Origin: Treponema sp.
Lineage (GTDB): Bacteria > Spirochaetota > Spirochaetia > Treponematales > Treponemataceae
Assembly (NCBI GenBank): GCA_017629095.1
Contig: JAGBXW010000006.1
Span: 34,995-98,994 of the forward strand
DNA: 64,000 nt
Direction: 5' to 3'
In this document: in pieces, positions 63,869 through 64,000 of the stretch
Numbering within the stretch: the stretch's first letter is position 1
Layout of the letters: each line of letters opens with the position of its first letter
Made by a program: the position numbers and the translations under genes
The notes under the pieces: generated by a model
What the model saw: the letters and a program-made list of their open reading frames with translations, nothing else
The model's database searches: none
Told to the model about the DNA's origin: nothing

Positions 63869-63897
63869 ATATTAACGATACAGTCTAAGATTGTCAA
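63869..63897 (-). promoter_or_regulatory. near-consensus sigma-70 promoter of the carboxyltransferase gene
   Basis: Minus strand: TTGACA (63897-92), a 17-nt spacer, then TAATAT (63874-69). Confidence 0.65.
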
Positions 63898-63920
63898 TAG
63901 AAAGACTTTAATTGGTTTCG

Positions 63921-63956
63921 CAAAAAAAAAGACCTCTACGCATAACGTAGAAGTCT
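63921..63956 (-). terminator. intrinsic terminator downstream of tRNA-Lys
   Basis: A stem AGACCTCTACG/CGTAGAAGTCT (one mismatch) is followed on the minus strand by T9. Confidence 0.7.
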
Positions 63957-63960
63957 TTAA

Positions 63961-64000
63961 TGAGCTACATTGGATTCGAACCAATGACCCACGCCTTAAA
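63961..64000 (-). tRNA. tRNA-Lys (anticodon UUU), 3' portion only; cut by the window edge
   Basis: The reverse complement reads ..TTTAA-GGCGT-GGGTC-ATTGG-TTCGAAT-CCAAT-GTAGCTC-A. This gives a T arm, an acceptor 3' strand, and the last five nt of an anticodon loop consistent with UUU. Confidence 0.6.

Noticed and set aside
1-64000. A search by eye for CRISPR arrays, IS elements or terminal inverted repeats, integrase/recombinase, phage, toxin-antitoxin, restriction-modification or other defence genes.
   Set aside because: None were found. Every ORF over 150 aa in a credible frame is accounted for by a housekeeping or envelope function or by an isolated hypothetical protein. I cannot exclude short dispersed repeats, which would need a computational self-alignment (dot plot) of the window.

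Overview
The window reads as a conserved chromosomal core from a spirochaete, probably a Treponema-like organism. This taxonomic call is an inference. It rests on a pyruvate phosphate dikinase gene, an rpmF-acpP-rnc block with no fab or pls genes, many relaxed-lipobox lipoproteins, and the rpsF-ssb-rpsR-rplI-dnaB and rpsB-tsf-frr-uppS-cdsA-dxr-rseP gene orders.

I support about 57 protein-coding genes, 4 complete tRNAs (Thr-UGU, Tyr-GUA, Arg-CCG) plus one tRNA-Lys(UUU) cut by the window edge, and a type-A RNase P RNA. I also list several near-consensus sigma-70 promoters and intrinsic terminators read directly from the sequence.

I found no transposase, integrase, phage gene, CRISPR array, toxin-antitoxin pair or recognisable defence module. 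I cannot honestly point to a clearly new multi-gene system.

The observations most worth follow-up are:
(1) A G9/C9 homopolymer lies in the leader of a large GLUG-repeat surface lipoprotein gene. It resembles the poly-G expression switches known in T. pallidum.
(2) A tightly packed putative operon joins a DEAH helicase, which has an uncharacterised C-terminal region, to a thioester-type (CSEQ) alpha-2-macroglobulin lipoprotein and PBP1C.
(3) A small signal-peptide protein ends in an outer-membrane-protein-type terminal Phe and has its own strong promoter. It is a candidate 8-stranded beta-barrel.
(4) A secreted WD40-like protein is translationally coupled to rseP, in the position where proteobacteria encode BamA.
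(5) A FemXAB-family (aminoacyl-tRNA-dependent) transferase sits between metG and trpS.
(6) An HP0958/COG1579-type zinc-ribbon coiled-coil protein lies between rpoD and rnpB.

Protein family assignments come from motif recognition in the supplied translations, not from database searches. Start codons were re-evaluated where the ORF track overextends.
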